The notes under the pieces were generated by a model, which did not search any database, was not told the origin of the DNA, and worked only from the letters and a program-made list of their open reading frames with translations. The position numbers were made by a program, and so were the translations under genes. DNA of 38,445 bases from a virus (taxonomy: Duplodnaviria > Caudoviricetes): the IMG/VR virus record IMGVR_UViG_3300029258_000472, positions 1 through 38,445 of that record. The stretch is one strand, 5' to 3'. Numbering within the stretch: position 1 is the first letter of the stretch; each line of letters starts with the position of its first letter. Of the stretch, positions 25,468 through 35,017 are shown one piece after another.

Positions 25468-25860
25468 TCAGCCGACGGTGCCAGACGCGATCTCGACGTT
25501 AGTGCCAGCGACGATGCTCAAAGTGTTCAGGACGATCTTGCCCGACACAGCCACAGTCCCCGCCTCGGCGGGCAAGGCGAGGTGTACATTCCCGTCTGAG
25601 TCGCAGATCTCAGCATACGCCGCAGTGCCGGTGGCGTCGGCTGACGTGTCCGGCCCTGCGAAGCTAAACGCCAACTGCCCGGTGCCGCCGCTGACGGTGC
25701 CGCAGGGATCAGACAAAGCGATCTCGGCGAGCAGTACGTCCGACGCGTCGCGGATCTTGACAGACCCGGCAGATGCACCGCCGTCGATAGTGTTGATGAC
25801 GCCCGTATGCGCCGCACTGAGGGCAGCCACGGACCACGTTGCAGATGATGGTACGGCCAT
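25468..25860 (-). CDS. Virion structural protein
   Basis: Ala/Gly/Thr-rich, 'ADATGTAAYAEICDSDG'. GAGGAG RBS. Confidence 0.65.
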   Translation of the reverse strand: MAVPSSATWSVAALSAAHTGVINTIDGGASAGSVKIRDASDVLLAEIALSDPCGTVSGGTGQLAFSFAGPDTSADATGTAAYAEICDSDGNVHLALPAEAGTVAVSGKIVLNTLSIVAGTNVEIASGTVG

Positions 25861-25861
25861 A

Positions 25862-26395
25862 TCAAATCTCCTCGGCGGTCACCCGCCAGCTGTAGGTGTG
25901 CCCGCCGCCGCCGGAAGTTAGCGACTGGTTCATGTCGAGAATGTGTGCGCTGATCTGCGGCCAATACGCCACCTGGTAGCCGTCTGCGCCGCTCACGGCG
26001 GTACAGGTGGCGACATCGTCGGTCACGGTGACATCGGTCGAGATCAGCTCGCCGTCTTTCACGGCCCACGCCAGTGGCGCATAGAGCGCACCAGAGCGCC
26101 GTCCGGCGGGCAGTGTGATGGTGGTCGCGCTGCCGGCGATGTGTCGGGGTGTGGCGCAGGCGATGGTGACTGCGCCGGATGTATCGAGCTGCGCCAGGGC
26201 GTAGGGCAGTTTGCCGTTGCCGCTGATCTCGGTTCGAAGTTTCCCGGCCCATGCGCGACGGATGTACAGCGACCCGTCAGCAGCGCGGCGTGTATCTTCG
26301 GCACGTAGCTCGGTGTACTGCTGCGTCAGTGACCAGCGCGAGCGCATCGTGAGGATGGCGGGGCCGATGCGCAGATCGGGTAGTTGTGTGCTCAT
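25862..26395 (-). CDS. Distal-tail-like protein
   Basis: ATGA-coupled to the tape measure. 'RRAADGSLY...W.GKLRTEISG.G' and C-terminal 'WRVTAEEI'. Confidence 0.6.
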   Translation of the reverse strand: MSTQLPDLRIGPAILTMRSRWSLTQQYTELRAEDTRRAADGSLYIRRAWAGKLRTEISGNGKLPYALAQLDTSGAVTIACATPRHIAGSATTITLPAGRRSGALYAPLAWAVKDGELISTDVTVTDDVATCTAVSGADGYQVAYWPQISAHILDMNQSLTSGGGGHTYSWRVTAEEI

Positions 26396-28152
26396 GCGTT
26401 ACAGCCCCTCAAGGCGACTTCTCGGGCGATGTCGGATGCGAGGCCAGCCGATCCGATGGCGCTGCCGCCGGTCAAGCCTTGCGACACGCCTTCTTGTATC
26501 GCAATGCGAAGGATCTCTTTAGTCTGTTCAGCAGCGACTAGGGCGCTATCAGGATCAAGTTGTAGTTGTAGCTTGCTGGCTTCGGCCAGTTGGCGACGCA
26601 GCGATTCCAGCTCACTTTCTGCTTCGCGCACATCCAGTAGCTCGGCCTGCACTTGTGCATCCCCGACCGTGCGCACCCAGCCCTCCAGGTCGCGCTGCAA
26701 GCTGAAAAGGGTCGCGGCGGATAGCTTGCCAGAGTCGGCTAGGGCTTCCAGCACGTCGGCGGCTTTGTTCAGATCGCGCTCGGCGATGCCGAATTCCTGA
26801 TCTTTCAGAGCTTCGTTGGCATCTTGGATTTCTTCGTAAAAGTCCAGCACGTCGGCGTTGTCTGCCGAGATGTTGTCGAAGATGTCGTCAATCCGATCTT
26901 CGAATTCTTGCTCAAGCTCGGCCTGCGCCGTGCGGGCTTTCCGTAGCTCTTCGGTCTGCTTTTCGAGTTCTTTTTCGGCGTCTTCTGTCTGCTTTTCCAG
27001 CGCCTTTACAATGCCGTCTATCGCGTCGGCGCGGACCTTGGCGGCTTCTTCTTCGGCTTTGGCCTGCTCATCAATAGCTTTCTGTACTTCTTCTGCGCCT
27101 TGTTCTACTTCTTTGTTATATTCTCTGCGAGCCGCAAGTTCGTCTTGTTTTGATTGCGCTGCTTTTTCTTCTTCGCCTTGCAATTCTACCAAAGCGGCTT
27201 TTTCGTTTAGCGTTTGCTTGATGCTTTCTTTTCGCGCTTCAATGAGGCTGTCAAAAATGCCGCCGACATTCAAAGACTTTAGCGTTTCCAGTTCTTCATA
27301 CTGGTCTTCCAGCGAAGCGTTAAGCCGGTCTAGATCGTTGGCATATATACCGAACTTCTCAAGAAATGATCCAGCTAGAATCGTTGCGCCGGTCTTTATG
27401 CCATCGGTAAACTTGCCTAATGCACCCTCGGCAGATTGCAGTTTATCCGCCAAAAGACTTGCGTTATCAGCAAAGTCTCCGCTGTAAGTGACAGCAAAAT
27501 CTTCGACTTGGCGATTCAGTTCTGACACTGCGTTACTTCCACCTTGGAAAACGCGAATCAGATCTACGCCGCTTTTGTCAAATAATTTGTATCCCGCTAA
27601 AACTTTTGTTCCTTGATCGTCAATAGACGCAAAAGCATCAGCCAATAGTTTTAACTGATCTTCAAACGACGTTCCGTCAAAATCATCAATAGTCAGCCCT
27701 AATGCTTCAAGTCCTGCTACAGCAGGGCCAGTACCAGTTTCTTCTACTTCTGCAAGCCGTCGAATGAACCGCTGAATGCCAGTGACAGCAGTGTCTGCGC
27801 TGACACCAGATCGTTCTGCTATAGCGCCAAACGTTTGCAGTTGATCGGTGGTCAGCCCGAGTTTTTCTCCTTCTTTATTCAGCGCGTCAACTTCGCTGAC
27901 AAAATCTTGCAGGCTTGACAATGCCGCGCTAATGCTAAATCCGCCTGCAATGGTGGCCGCCAGTCCTGCTATCCCTGAGCCTAGCGATTTGAAGCTCTTG
28001 GTAATTTTGTCGTTCTGAGTTTCTATCTCCTTGGCATTTTTCTTGCTGCTTTTTGCCAGCTTGTCATATCCTTTGGTGACATTACCAACCTTGCCCGAGA
28101 AAAGATCCTTGAGCTGGATAGCAACTTCTATGATTTTGCTGGCAAGTGACAT
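26392..28152 (-). CDS. Tail tape measure protein (short, 586 aa)
   Basis: Helical Ala/Leu/Glu-rich protein with 'LEALGL' and coiled-coil. Follows the tail tube gene. Confidence 0.85.
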   Translation of the reverse strand: MSLASKIIEVAIQLKDLFSGKVGNVTKGYDKLAKSSKKNAKEIETQNDKITKSFKSLGSGIAGLAATIAGGFSISAALSSLQDFVSEVDALNKEGEKLGLTTDQLQTFGAIAERSGVSADTAVTGIQRFIRRLAEVEETGTGPAVAGLEALGLTIDDFDGTSFEDQLKLLADAFASIDDQGTKVLAGYKLFDKSGVDLIRVFQGGSNAVSELNRQVEDFAVTYSGDFADNASLLADKLQSAEGALGKFTDGIKTGATILAGSFLEKFGIYANDLDRLNASLEDQYEELETLKSLNVGGIFDSLIEARKESIKQTLNEKAALVELQGEEEKAAQSKQDELAARREYNKEVEQGAEEVQKAIDEQAKAEEEAAKVRADAIDGIVKALEKQTEDAEKELEKQTEELRKARTAQAELEQEFEDRIDDIFDNISADNADVLDFYEEIQDANEALKDQEFGIAERDLNKAADVLEALADSGKLSAATLFSLQRDLEGWVRTVGDAQVQAELLDVREAESELESLRRQLAEASKLQLQLDPDSALVAAEQTKEILRIAIQEGVSQGLTGGSAIGSAGLASDIAREVALRGCNA

Positions 28153-28167
28153 AGCGGCTCCAAGTAT

Positions 28168-28188
28168 ACCCGGGCGCGGGGCCCGGGT
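28168..28188 (-). terminator. GC hairpin after the tail tube gene
   Basis: ACCCGGGC-N5-GCCCGGGT, with a weak U-tract. Confidence 0.5.
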
Positions 28189-28196
28189 TAATCACA

Positions 28197-28934
28197 TCAT
28201 GCCATGTCGATATGATAGTACTCGGACTCGCCATCACCTTGCGTGGTGTCCGCCAGGACTTTGCCAGCCAAGGTAAGCGTGCCAAAATCATCGCCGATCA
28301 GGCTGATGCTGGACGGATCAGGCTTGAAGCGATGAATGACAACGCGCATAGCCTCGCCATTCATGCCTGCGTTGACGCCGGTCAGGATGACTTGGAACTC
28401 CTGTGTCGTGGAAGTCAGCGCCTCAACGACGTCATACGCGGTCTTGGTGTATGACACCAACAAATCATCGGACGCGGAGATATTGCCGCCCGACAAGATC
28501 AGGATACCGGCACTTGTCACCGTGTAGTCGGTGCCTGCGGTGTATGTCGTGCCGGCAGGATCGCTGGTGACGGTGACGGTTTCGGCGGTGTCGATAAGGC
28601 TTGCGGTCAGCACCAGTCGATCACCGGAAGCGAGGTCCGCTGGGGCTGAAATGCTTTCATCGGACACGCTGCCGGAGGCCACGCTAGAAGCCGTGCCAAG
28701 TGCCGCGATGGCAAGGTTCTCTTTGTTGTGGTCGTACAGTTCCAGCGACATCGTGACCTGCGTAATCAGCGAATCGGAGGCCCAAGTGCCGCCGCTTGCG
28801 TTGCGGTAGTTGGTCACGGTGGATTCTTCGAACTCAACCTCAATGGACATGTTCGAGTTTGGGTTGCCTGCGTCGCGTCCATTGAAGTACGGAACGCCAC
28901 GGAACTTCATTGTCTTTTTGGTCACTTCGGCCAT
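28197..28934 (-). CDS. Major tail tube protein
   Basis: 'NYRNASGG', 'MSLELYDHNKENLAIA..G', 'GTDYTVTSAGI', 'LIGDDFGTLTLAGKVLAD'. Confidence 0.85.
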   Translation of the reverse strand: MAEVTKKTMKFRGVPYFNGRDAGNPNSNMSIEVEFEESTVTNYRNASGGTWASDSLITQVTMSLELYDHNKENLAIAALGTASSVASGSVSDESISAPADLASGDRLVLTASLIDTAETVTVTSDPAGTTYTAGTDYTVTSAGILILSGGNISASDDLLVSYTKTAYDVVEALTSTTQEFQVILTGVNAGMNGEAMRVVIHRFKPDPSSISLIGDDFGTLTLAGKVLADTTQGDGESEYYHIDMA

Positions 28935-28945
28935 GTCTGCTTACC

Positions 28946-29401
28946 TCAGTCGGCTTTGCGAATGTACGGCGCTGTGTAGACGACACGCACGCCGACGATA
29001 GAATCTTGATCTTCTGGATAAGTGATGTCGCCCTGCTCAAACGCGATGCCTAGTTGCTCACCGAGGTGCAACAGTCCACCGAGCGTGCGGTCCGTCGATT
29101 CGACAGCAACGCGGATGTCTTCAAGCATCCGGCAAGCTACATCTTCTGGCTCGTCATCCTCGAACCGGCTGTACGCTTCGACAGCAATACTTGCTTCGAT
29201 CAGCGTGCGGGCCGGGGCTGCGGCGGTGACGGTTTGGCTGTCCAGGTAGATCGCGCACGCGGGCGGCGCTGGCAGCCTATGACGACCCCTCTGGACGTAT
29301 CGGCCGATGTCTGTGTGATAAGCATCGTCCGTGTCCCGGATCGCCGCCAGACGGGCGCTCAAGGCTTGCAGGATGAGCAGGATTTTCGGATCAGCCGCCA
29401 T
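28946..29401 (-). CDS. Tail terminator (gpU-like)
   Basis: Position before the tail tube gene. 'ARLAAI...YHTDIG..V.RGR', 'TLGGL'. Confidence 0.7.
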   Translation of the reverse strand: MAADPKILLILQALSARLAAIRDTDDAYHTDIGRYVQRGRHRLPAPPACAIYLDSQTVTAAAPARTLIEASIAVEAYSRFEDDEPEDVACRMLEDIRVAVESTDRTLGGLLHLGEQLGIAFEQGDITYPEDQDSIVGVRVVYTAPYIRKAD

Positions 29402-29612
29402 CGGTCTTACCTTTCACGGCTTGTGCGATACGCATCATCTCGATCTGTCGAGAGCGGGCATCGATGGCCAGCACTCCGGTCAATGCCACCAGTGCCAGCA
29501 CAGCCAGTACAAGCGCGAGCCAAAGCGAGCTGACCACGGCGATAGCCCAGGCGGCGCAGGCGTGGATTACAGCGACAGCAGTCATTGTCTTGCCAGCACT
29601 AAGGGCGGACAT
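29391..29612 (-). CDS. Small membrane protein
   Basis: Long hydrophobic stretch. Fills the gap between the head-closure and terminator genes. Start may be 29585. Confidence 0.55.
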   Translation of the reverse strand: MSALSAGKTMTAVAVIHACAAWAIAVVSSLWLALVLAVLALVALTGVLAIDARSRQIEMMRIAQAVKGKTDGG

Positions 29613-29895
29613 ACAGCCTCCACTCAGATTCGTTCACGCGCTCCCACGACTCGACTTTGTAGGTCTTGCCGGTGTAGGTGATCTGATCGCCTCTAGCCGG
29701 ATCAGCGAGTTGCGACAGGCGCACGCGGAAGGTAGGCGCGTCCTGCCGGGCAAGCTCGACGATTTCACCGAAGCTGGCGGACTGCCACTCAGGTATAACC
29801 GTCAACGATGCGGCAGCACCGACAGATGGCGTATATGTCGCCGGCTGCCCGGTCGTCAGATACACACTTGATGTCAGCGCGGCTTCGGAAAGCAT
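29599..29895 (-). CDS. Head-tail joining / head closure protein (gpFII-like)
   Basis: 'GQPATYTP', 'PARGDQITYTGKTYKV...WRLYVR', and position. Confidence 0.7.
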   Translation of the reverse strand: MLSEAALTSSVYLTTGQPATYTPSVGAAASLTVIPEWQSASFGEIVELARQDAPTFRVRLSQLADPARGDQITYTGKTYKVESWERVNESEWRLYVRP

Positions 29896-30194
29896 CAGAC
29901 CGCATCCCGCAGGAAATAGACCACAACGCCCAGGGTGGCGGTAGCGATCATCCAGAAAAATCGCTCAGCGAAAGCCAGCGATTTGTCCGCGCCCGCATTG
30001 CGCTCGCGAAGTTCATCGATAGCGCGGTCGTGCTCTTCGATCTTTTTGAAAGCACGCGCCAGCGATTCACTATGCTGAGTCAGTCGGCTTTCAATCACTT
30101 TGATGTCAGCAATCGCCTCAATGAGTCGATCTAGCTTTGTCTCGATTTTATCAAGGCGCTGATCGAAAAGGTCGGTGACTTCCTCAATCATCAC
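29895..30194 (-). CDS. Coiled-coil protein with a C-terminal TM helix (XhlA/holin-like)
   Basis: 'RLDKIETKLDRL...IEEHDRAIDEL' followed by 'FFWMIATATLGVVVYFL'. Confidence 0.6.
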   Translation of the reverse strand: MMIEEVTDLFDQRLDKIETKLDRLIEAIADIKVIESRLTQHSESLARAFKKIEEHDRAIDELRERNAGADKSLAFAERFFWMIATATLGVVVYFLRDAV

Positions 30195-30463
30195 GGTGTC
30201 CAGGTAGTGAGTGCGACAGAAATTGAGCCATCAACGGCGCGGGCATAGACATAACCGGGGCCGATCAAAGCTCGGTTAATTGCTTCGTGGTCGCCAGTCG
30301 TCAGGCGGTGTCCAAGTACGGTAGACGCTGGCGCGGATTCAGTGTCGGCGGTAGCGACATCGACCTTGCCGGTGCCGGTCGTCGGGAAGCTCAACAAAAA
30401 CTCATCGCCGCTGTCGGCGATCTTGGTATAAGTCGTGGTGAGCGTGGTATTCGTGGTGGCCAT
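30191..30463 (-). CDS. Small virion protein
   Basis: AGGAGG RBS. Thr-rich beta protein. Confidence 0.65.
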   Translation of the reverse strand: MATTNTTLTTTYTKIADSGDEFLLSFPTTGTGKVDVATADTESAPASTVLGHRLTTGDHEAINRALIGPGYVYARAVDGSISVALTTWTP

Positions 30464-30477
30464 CGGTGCCTCCTAAA

Positions 30478-30498
30478 GCCCGGGCGCATGGCCCGGGC
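30478..30498 (-). terminator. GC hairpin after the decoration gene
   Basis: GCCCGGGC-N5-GCCCGGGC followed by TTT on the minus strand. Confidence 0.5.
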
Positions 30499-30506
30499 AG
30501 ATCAGG

Positions 30507-30965
30507 TTAGACGCGCAGCATGCCGCCGACGCCGTGACCAGTCTTGCTGCTCGGCATAGCGTCGCCACGGTACAGCTCACACCAGATAGCAGCGTAAGTG
30601 CCGGTAGAGCCGTCGCCAGCCGTAGCCACCACGTCGAGGTAACGCTTCCGACCGCGCAGGTCCAGATCAACAACGAAGAATTTGTTGTCATCGGTGGCGG
30701 TAGGCAGTGCGCTGGTCGAGCCGTCGATGTCGGTAGAGGTGCCGAAAACCGCGCCGGTAATGTCCGCGTGACCAGAGGCCGACGTGTTGGACTCGGTGAC
30801 CTTTAGCGCGGCCATGGCGATGTCGGTGGCACCGAGATAGACGACGATCCGTGCCATGTCCCAGCCGGCAGTATCGACTTCGGCGGTCGTAAAAGATGCG
30901 TTATCGACAATGGCGGCGGGAGGGGTAACCGACGCCATCTTGAAGTTGTCAAATTGCTTGCTCAT
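30507..30965 (-). CDS. Putative capsid decoration / minor head protein
   Basis: Directly after the capsid gene. 'VDTAGWD', 'KRYLDV'. GGAG RBS before ATG 30965. Confidence 0.65.
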   Translation of the reverse strand: MSKQFDNFKMASVTPPAAIVDNASFTTAEVDTAGWDMARIVVYLGATDIAMAALKVTESNTSASGHADITGAVFGTSTDIDGSTSALPTATDDNKFFVVDLDLRGRKRYLDVVATAGDGSTGTYAAIWCELYRGDAMPSSKTGHGVGGMLRV

Positions 30966-30975
30966 CTTGATCTCC

Positions 30976-31004
30976 AAAAAGGTAAAGCCGGGCCGGAGCC
31001 CGGC
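30976..31004 (-). terminator. Probable intrinsic terminator after the capsid gene
   Basis: Minus strand GCCGGGC-TCCG-GCCCGGC followed by TTTACCTTTTT. Confidence 0.65.
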
Positions 31005-31011
31005 GGTCGGT

Positions 31012-32874
31012 TTACTCGCCGATCAGCGCAGTGATGGGGCCAACGGTGCTGGCATCGCCGACACCGTGGACGTTGATGTCAAACCTCTGCGTGGCACGAA
31101 TGCCGATCTGGTCATACTCGGAGAAACGCTCCTCCAGGACCATCAGCTGGATGTCGCGGCGGGTACCCATCAGCGATCCCATGCGGAAGTCACCGAACAG
31201 CAACATGGCCACGTCGCTGTAATCAGCGGTCAGGCTGGCAGGCATGGACTGCGACAGCATCACCGGGTAACCCTGATATTGCATGACAGGCCCGCGACCC
31301 AGGTCGGCGACGGTGTTACCACCAGCAGCGGCTTGGAAAGCCTGCACGGTGTCCACGAAAGCGGCTTGGCTCATGACCCACATGGCATTGCCTTGCGCGT
31401 ACAGCGGAAGCTGAGACATCACTTTCAGGAAGTCAGCCGCGTCGATTTCCGGGAAAGTGTCGTTGCCAGATGCCGCATCAACCGCACCGGCTTTGCCCAG
31501 GATCGCGTTACGCACGCCAACAATGCCGCCGTAGGTCGAGGTTCCGTCGCCGTTAAAAAAACAGGCGTCTTCTTTCTCGGCGAACTGCCTTGCGATGTCG
31601 GTTGCCAGCCAGTCGGCAAGGTCGATCACGCTATCTTCCAGCAGGTCATTGGACACGCGGACCAGCGTGGCCATTTTGCGGGCCACCAACTGAACCTGAT
31701 CGAAAGCCGCATCCGATGCGGTGATGGCGTCTTCTTCACCGACAAAGTAGGCGGTCGTGCCAGACTTGTAGCGCGGAATCGTAAGGGTGTCGGCAGTCAT
31801 GGTGACCTGCTCGGCCAGCCGCCGGGCAACGCCGAATTCCTCGCGCAGCTCGATGACGCGGTTTAGCAGCGGATCGGGAATGAAGGCACCGCCTTTGACG
31901 CTGGATGCACCAGTCATGACGCGGGTCAAGTTTTGTTCGGTCCACTGGCGAGCGTTGCGGTCACCGAGCAGTGCGCCGCGAATCCACATACCAGCAGCGT
32001 AGGCGTCACGCTCGCCCGCAGGCGTGTTCGGGAAAGCAACCAGTTTCCGGCCATGGCGCGGCTGCTCAATAATCGGCATTTCTGCGATAGCAGGCACCGG
32101 ACGAAGGGCGGCTTTCTGCTCTTCGTAGATGTCGGCTTGCAGTTCTTTCAGTGTGCGACCCAGCGCCGCCATCTTTCGTGCTTTGTCTTCGCAGCCAAAG
32201 ATGCGACCCACGGCCAACATCTGGTCAAGATCCGGGTTCGTGATTTCCGGTTTCGGCTCGGTAGCCTCTGCACGGATCTCGTCATCTTGCACCTGCTCGA
32301 CAGGTGCCTGGTCTACAGGTGCAGACATGGTGTGTTCCTCCGGTTGAGGTGTAAAAGTGTCACTGCGCCCGACGCCGACACGATCATCAGCAGGCACAGC
32401 AACAAGGGAAATTTCATGCGGGGTCCAGGACGTAACGCGGTAGGTTTCCATGCCGTCTTCTTCGCCCTCTAGGCGCAGCGCGTTGATGCGATAGCCCACG
32501 GATACTTTGCCCAGGATGCCGTCACGGATGTCATCAGCAATGGCCTGTACTTCCGGGCGGCGGGATAGTCGGACGCGGGCACGGGCTACGCCGTCGGAGC
32601 CGATGCGGGCATCAGTGACTACGCCGATTTGTGACCGCACGCTGTTGTCATGGTCGAGAAGCAGAGGGGCGCTGTTTAGCATCCGCGACATATCTACTTC
32701 GCCATCGCCATGCCCGAGAATTTCGACGCCCCAGAACCGTTCGTAGGGCGTTTCGGAGCTAAACGCCAGTTCCAGTTCCTCGGCTTTCGTTTCTTCATCG
32801 ACGGTCAGGAAACGGCACTCTGCCGACATCTCGCGGGACTGCGCCGCCTCTCGGATTTCTTCAATCTTCGACAT
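31012..32874 (-). CDS. Fused prohead protease + HK97-fold major capsid protein
   Basis: Protease part 'AFSSETP...PLLLDH...VSVGY...EISLVAVPAD'. Capsid part 'GGAFIP', 'VSNDLLEDS', 'FFNGDG', 'LFGDF', 'RATQRFD'. Confidence 0.92.
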   Translation of the reverse strand: MSKIEEIREAAQSREMSAECRFLTVDEETKAEELELAFSSETPYERFWGVEILGHGDGEVDMSRMLNSAPLLLDHDNSVRSQIGVVTDARIGSDGVARARVRLSRRPEVQAIADDIRDGILGKVSVGYRINALRLEGEEDGMETYRVTSWTPHEISLVAVPADDRVGVGRSDTFTPQPEEHTMSAPVDQAPVEQVQDDEIRAEATEPKPEITNPDLDQMLAVGRIFGCEDKARKMAALGRTLKELQADIYEEQKAALRPVPAIAEMPIIEQPRHGRKLVAFPNTPAGERDAYAAGMWIRGALLGDRNARQWTEQNLTRVMTGASSVKGGAFIPDPLLNRVIELREEFGVARRLAEQVTMTADTLTIPRYKSGTTAYFVGEEDAITASDAAFDQVQLVARKMATLVRVSNDLLEDSVIDLADWLATDIARQFAEKEDACFFNGDGTSTYGGIVGVRNAILGKAGAVDAASGNDTFPEIDAADFLKVMSQLPLYAQGNAMWVMSQAAFVDTVQAFQAAAGGNTVADLGRGPVMQYQGYPVMLSQSMPASLTADYSDVAMLLFGDFRMGSLMGTRRDIQLMVLEERFSEYDQIGIRATQRFDINVHGVGDASTVGPITALIGE

Positions 32875-34303
32875 CAGGTATCGCTCCGGTGTCAGTATCG
32901 GTATCGGTGTCAGTCATCAGCCCCATGTCCCGCAGGCGCTCCTGATCGGCAGCCAGCTCCGCCCACACGTCATCAGGGTCGCGCCCTTGCTCGCGGATCA
33001 CATCAGAGATGGAGCGGGTGCGGAGCTTGATGGCCAGCTCGGCGGCCTGCAGGTCTTTGACGGGATCAACCCAAGGCCAGCGCCGACCGAGAATGGTGGC
33101 ACGGCGCAGGGAGTCGGCGCGGGCAGGATCAAGCGGACGGCCAGACGGTCGGGTGATGCGACCTAGGCCAACCGAGTACATCAGCCATCGCTCGAAAATC
33201 GGTCGCACGGCGGCGGAGATGTACCAATCTTGCAGGGTCATCCAAAGATCGCGCTCGGCCAATGCGCCCTGTCGGAGGCTGCTGTAATTGACGCCCTCAA
33301 GGTCGGTGGCCAACATGTTGTATGACACGCCCAAACCGGCAGCGATGCCGCGCAAACAGCCTTTTGTGAACTCTCCGTGCTCTACGTTCGGCCAGCTCCA
33401 GTCAAGCGATTTCAGATCCCAGCCGTAGGGCAGAATTTCAGCCAAGCCCGGTTCCAAAACCTGATTGAGTGCGCCGGTAATTTCGTCCTCGTCACCAGCA
33501 GGTCCGGTGCCGGGCGGGACATCGGGAGACTGGACATAGGCGGCAGACTTGATGGCAGCCGAGCGGGCGGCGGTGATAGCCGCATCCTCGTATCCGCCCA
33601 GCATTTGCATACGAACTAGGCTTGCGGCCATCCAGGGTATGCCACGGCTTTGCCAGATCCACTCGGGCAGGTACAGATGGATGATCTCGGAGGCCGGCAC
33701 ACGAACGCGCTCACGGACCTTGTAGGTCCGGCTGACGGCGCTCGGTGCTTTGGTCAAGTGATAGGCAATGGGGCGGCGGTACTCGTCCATCTCAATGCCC
33801 ATGCGGATACTGCCGCCGCCGGGCAGATCGGCGTTGTATGTCTCGTCCAGCGTAGCCGCGTCGATGATCTGGACGGCGAAGGCCGAGTCAGAGCGGGGCC
33901 AGCCAGTGGTAATGCGAATCAGGCACTCGCCATCAATGGCCATCGTGCGCAGCACAAGCCGGTCGAATTGGGCGCGGGTCATCGTGCCTGACACGTCCCA
34001 CTGACCGCGCTCGGACTGCCGATGCCATGCTTCCTCAATCGCATCAATCGCCAGCCTGTCAGGGCGGCCAGAGGCTAAAGGGGCGCGGCTCTGAACGCTA
34101 AAACCGGACGATCCAACCACGTTCGTTTCCACCAGCCTAACGAACTGCCGGGCATGGTCATTGTTCTGTGCCGCGTCCCGACAGCGGGTGCGGATAGCCT
34201 CAATTTCGTGCCGAATGTCGGCATCGATTGGCGTGGAGTTGCTGCGCCAGTTACTGATAAGGCTCGATGGCCTGCCGGCATCCCATGCACGACGCGCTTT
34301 CAT
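32861..34303 (-). CDS. Portal protein, lambda gpB family
   Basis: 'NVVGSSG', 'IRMGIEMDEYRRPIAYH', 'QSRGIPW', 'GVNYSSLRQG', 'WPWVDPVKD'. Confidence 0.95.
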   Translation of the reverse strand: MKARRAWDAGRPSSLISNWRSNSTPIDADIRHEIEAIRTRCRDAAQNNDHARQFVRLVETNVVGSSGFSVQSRAPLASGRPDRLAIDAIEEAWHRQSERGQWDVSGTMTRAQFDRLVLRTMAIDGECLIRITTGWPRSDSAFAVQIIDAATLDETYNADLPGGGSIRMGIEMDEYRRPIAYHLTKAPSAVSRTYKVRERVRVPASEIIHLYLPEWIWQSRGIPWMAASLVRMQMLGGYEDAAITAARSAAIKSAAYVQSPDVPPGTGPAGDEDEITGALNQVLEPGLAEILPYGWDLKSLDWSWPNVEHGEFTKGCLRGIAAGLGVSYNMLATDLEGVNYSSLRQGALAERDLWMTLQDWYISAAVRPIFERWLMYSVGLGRITRPSGRPLDPARADSLRRATILGRRWPWVDPVKDLQAAELAIKLRTRSISDVIREQGRDPDDVWAELAADQERLRDMGLMTDTDTDTDTGAIPDVED

Positions 34304-34893
34304 CGGAAGCTACTCCGCACGAAGCCCGCCAGGGTCTTGCCCTGCTGATGGGCGATGCGGGCATCCTCAGACGCCACGATGCGGCTGTAGTACCGGTGCA
34401 TATCAAGCAGTCCGCCACGGGTCAATGAGCGGTCGCCAATGGTGCTCTGTACCGCATCCAGCTCTTCGGTATCCGCTCGGCCCTCAAGCATCGCTTCGAT
34501 GGCATCGACCATCTTGCGAGCGTGGCTCCGGGGGTCCGCTTGGTTGCTGTCAAGGTCCGCCAGGGCGCGGAAGTCGCCAATGTCCACCACAACCCGGTCG
34601 CCGGTAGCAACCTTCGTGATCTCAAGCTGCCAGTGATACAGCCCGACCGAGAAGCCGGCGGAGGTCGCGGAATCGGCAACGAACAGGTAATAGCTAGACG
34701 TGGTGCCCGCATCTTGCGCCAACTTGATCTCATCTTCGCCACCACCCGAGATACGAGCGACATACTCGGCGCTGTACTCGCCGGGCGGGTAGTCGAAGAC
34801 CAGATCAGACCGCTTCCAGGCGATGTAATCGCCCGGAACGACCTGTGTCGGCTCGCCCTCGCGGGCTGTCGATGTGTCAAAGAGGTTCGCCAT
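34300..34893 (-). CDS. Head completion protein (gpW-like C-terminus)
   Basis: Immediately upstream of the portal. 'AIEAMLEGRA...STIGDRSLTR'. Confidence 0.7.
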   Translation of the reverse strand: MANLFDTSTAREGEPTQVVPGDYIAWKRSDLVFDYPPGEYSAEYVARISGGGEDEIKLAQDAGTTSSYYLFVADSATSAGFSVGLYHWQLEITKVATGDRVVVDIGDFRALADLDSNQADPRSHARKMVDAIEAMLEGRADTEELDAVQSTIGDRSLTRGGLLDMHRYYSRIVASEDARIAHQQGKTLAGFVRSSFR

Positions 34894-34951
34894 AACTGCA
34901 TCTTATGGCGGGGCGTGTGCAAATTTAATGGGAAAATTGCACTAATTGGGG

Positions 34952-34979
34952 TTGCATCGGGCGGTTTTATCCGTATAAT
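34952..34979 (+). promoter_or_regulatory. sigma70-like promoter of a counter-oriented cassette
   Basis: TTGCAT-N16-TATAAT upstream of 35018. Confidence 0.6.
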
Positions 34980-35017
34980 AACAATCACACCAACGAAAAC
35001 ACAGACGGAGACACGAC

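Noticed and set aside
30856-31866. 336-aa plus-strand ORF and other long antisense ORFs (e.g. 7921-8847, 26858-27487)
   Set aside because: They are antisense to well-supported genes in GC-rich DNA and have no recognisable motifs.
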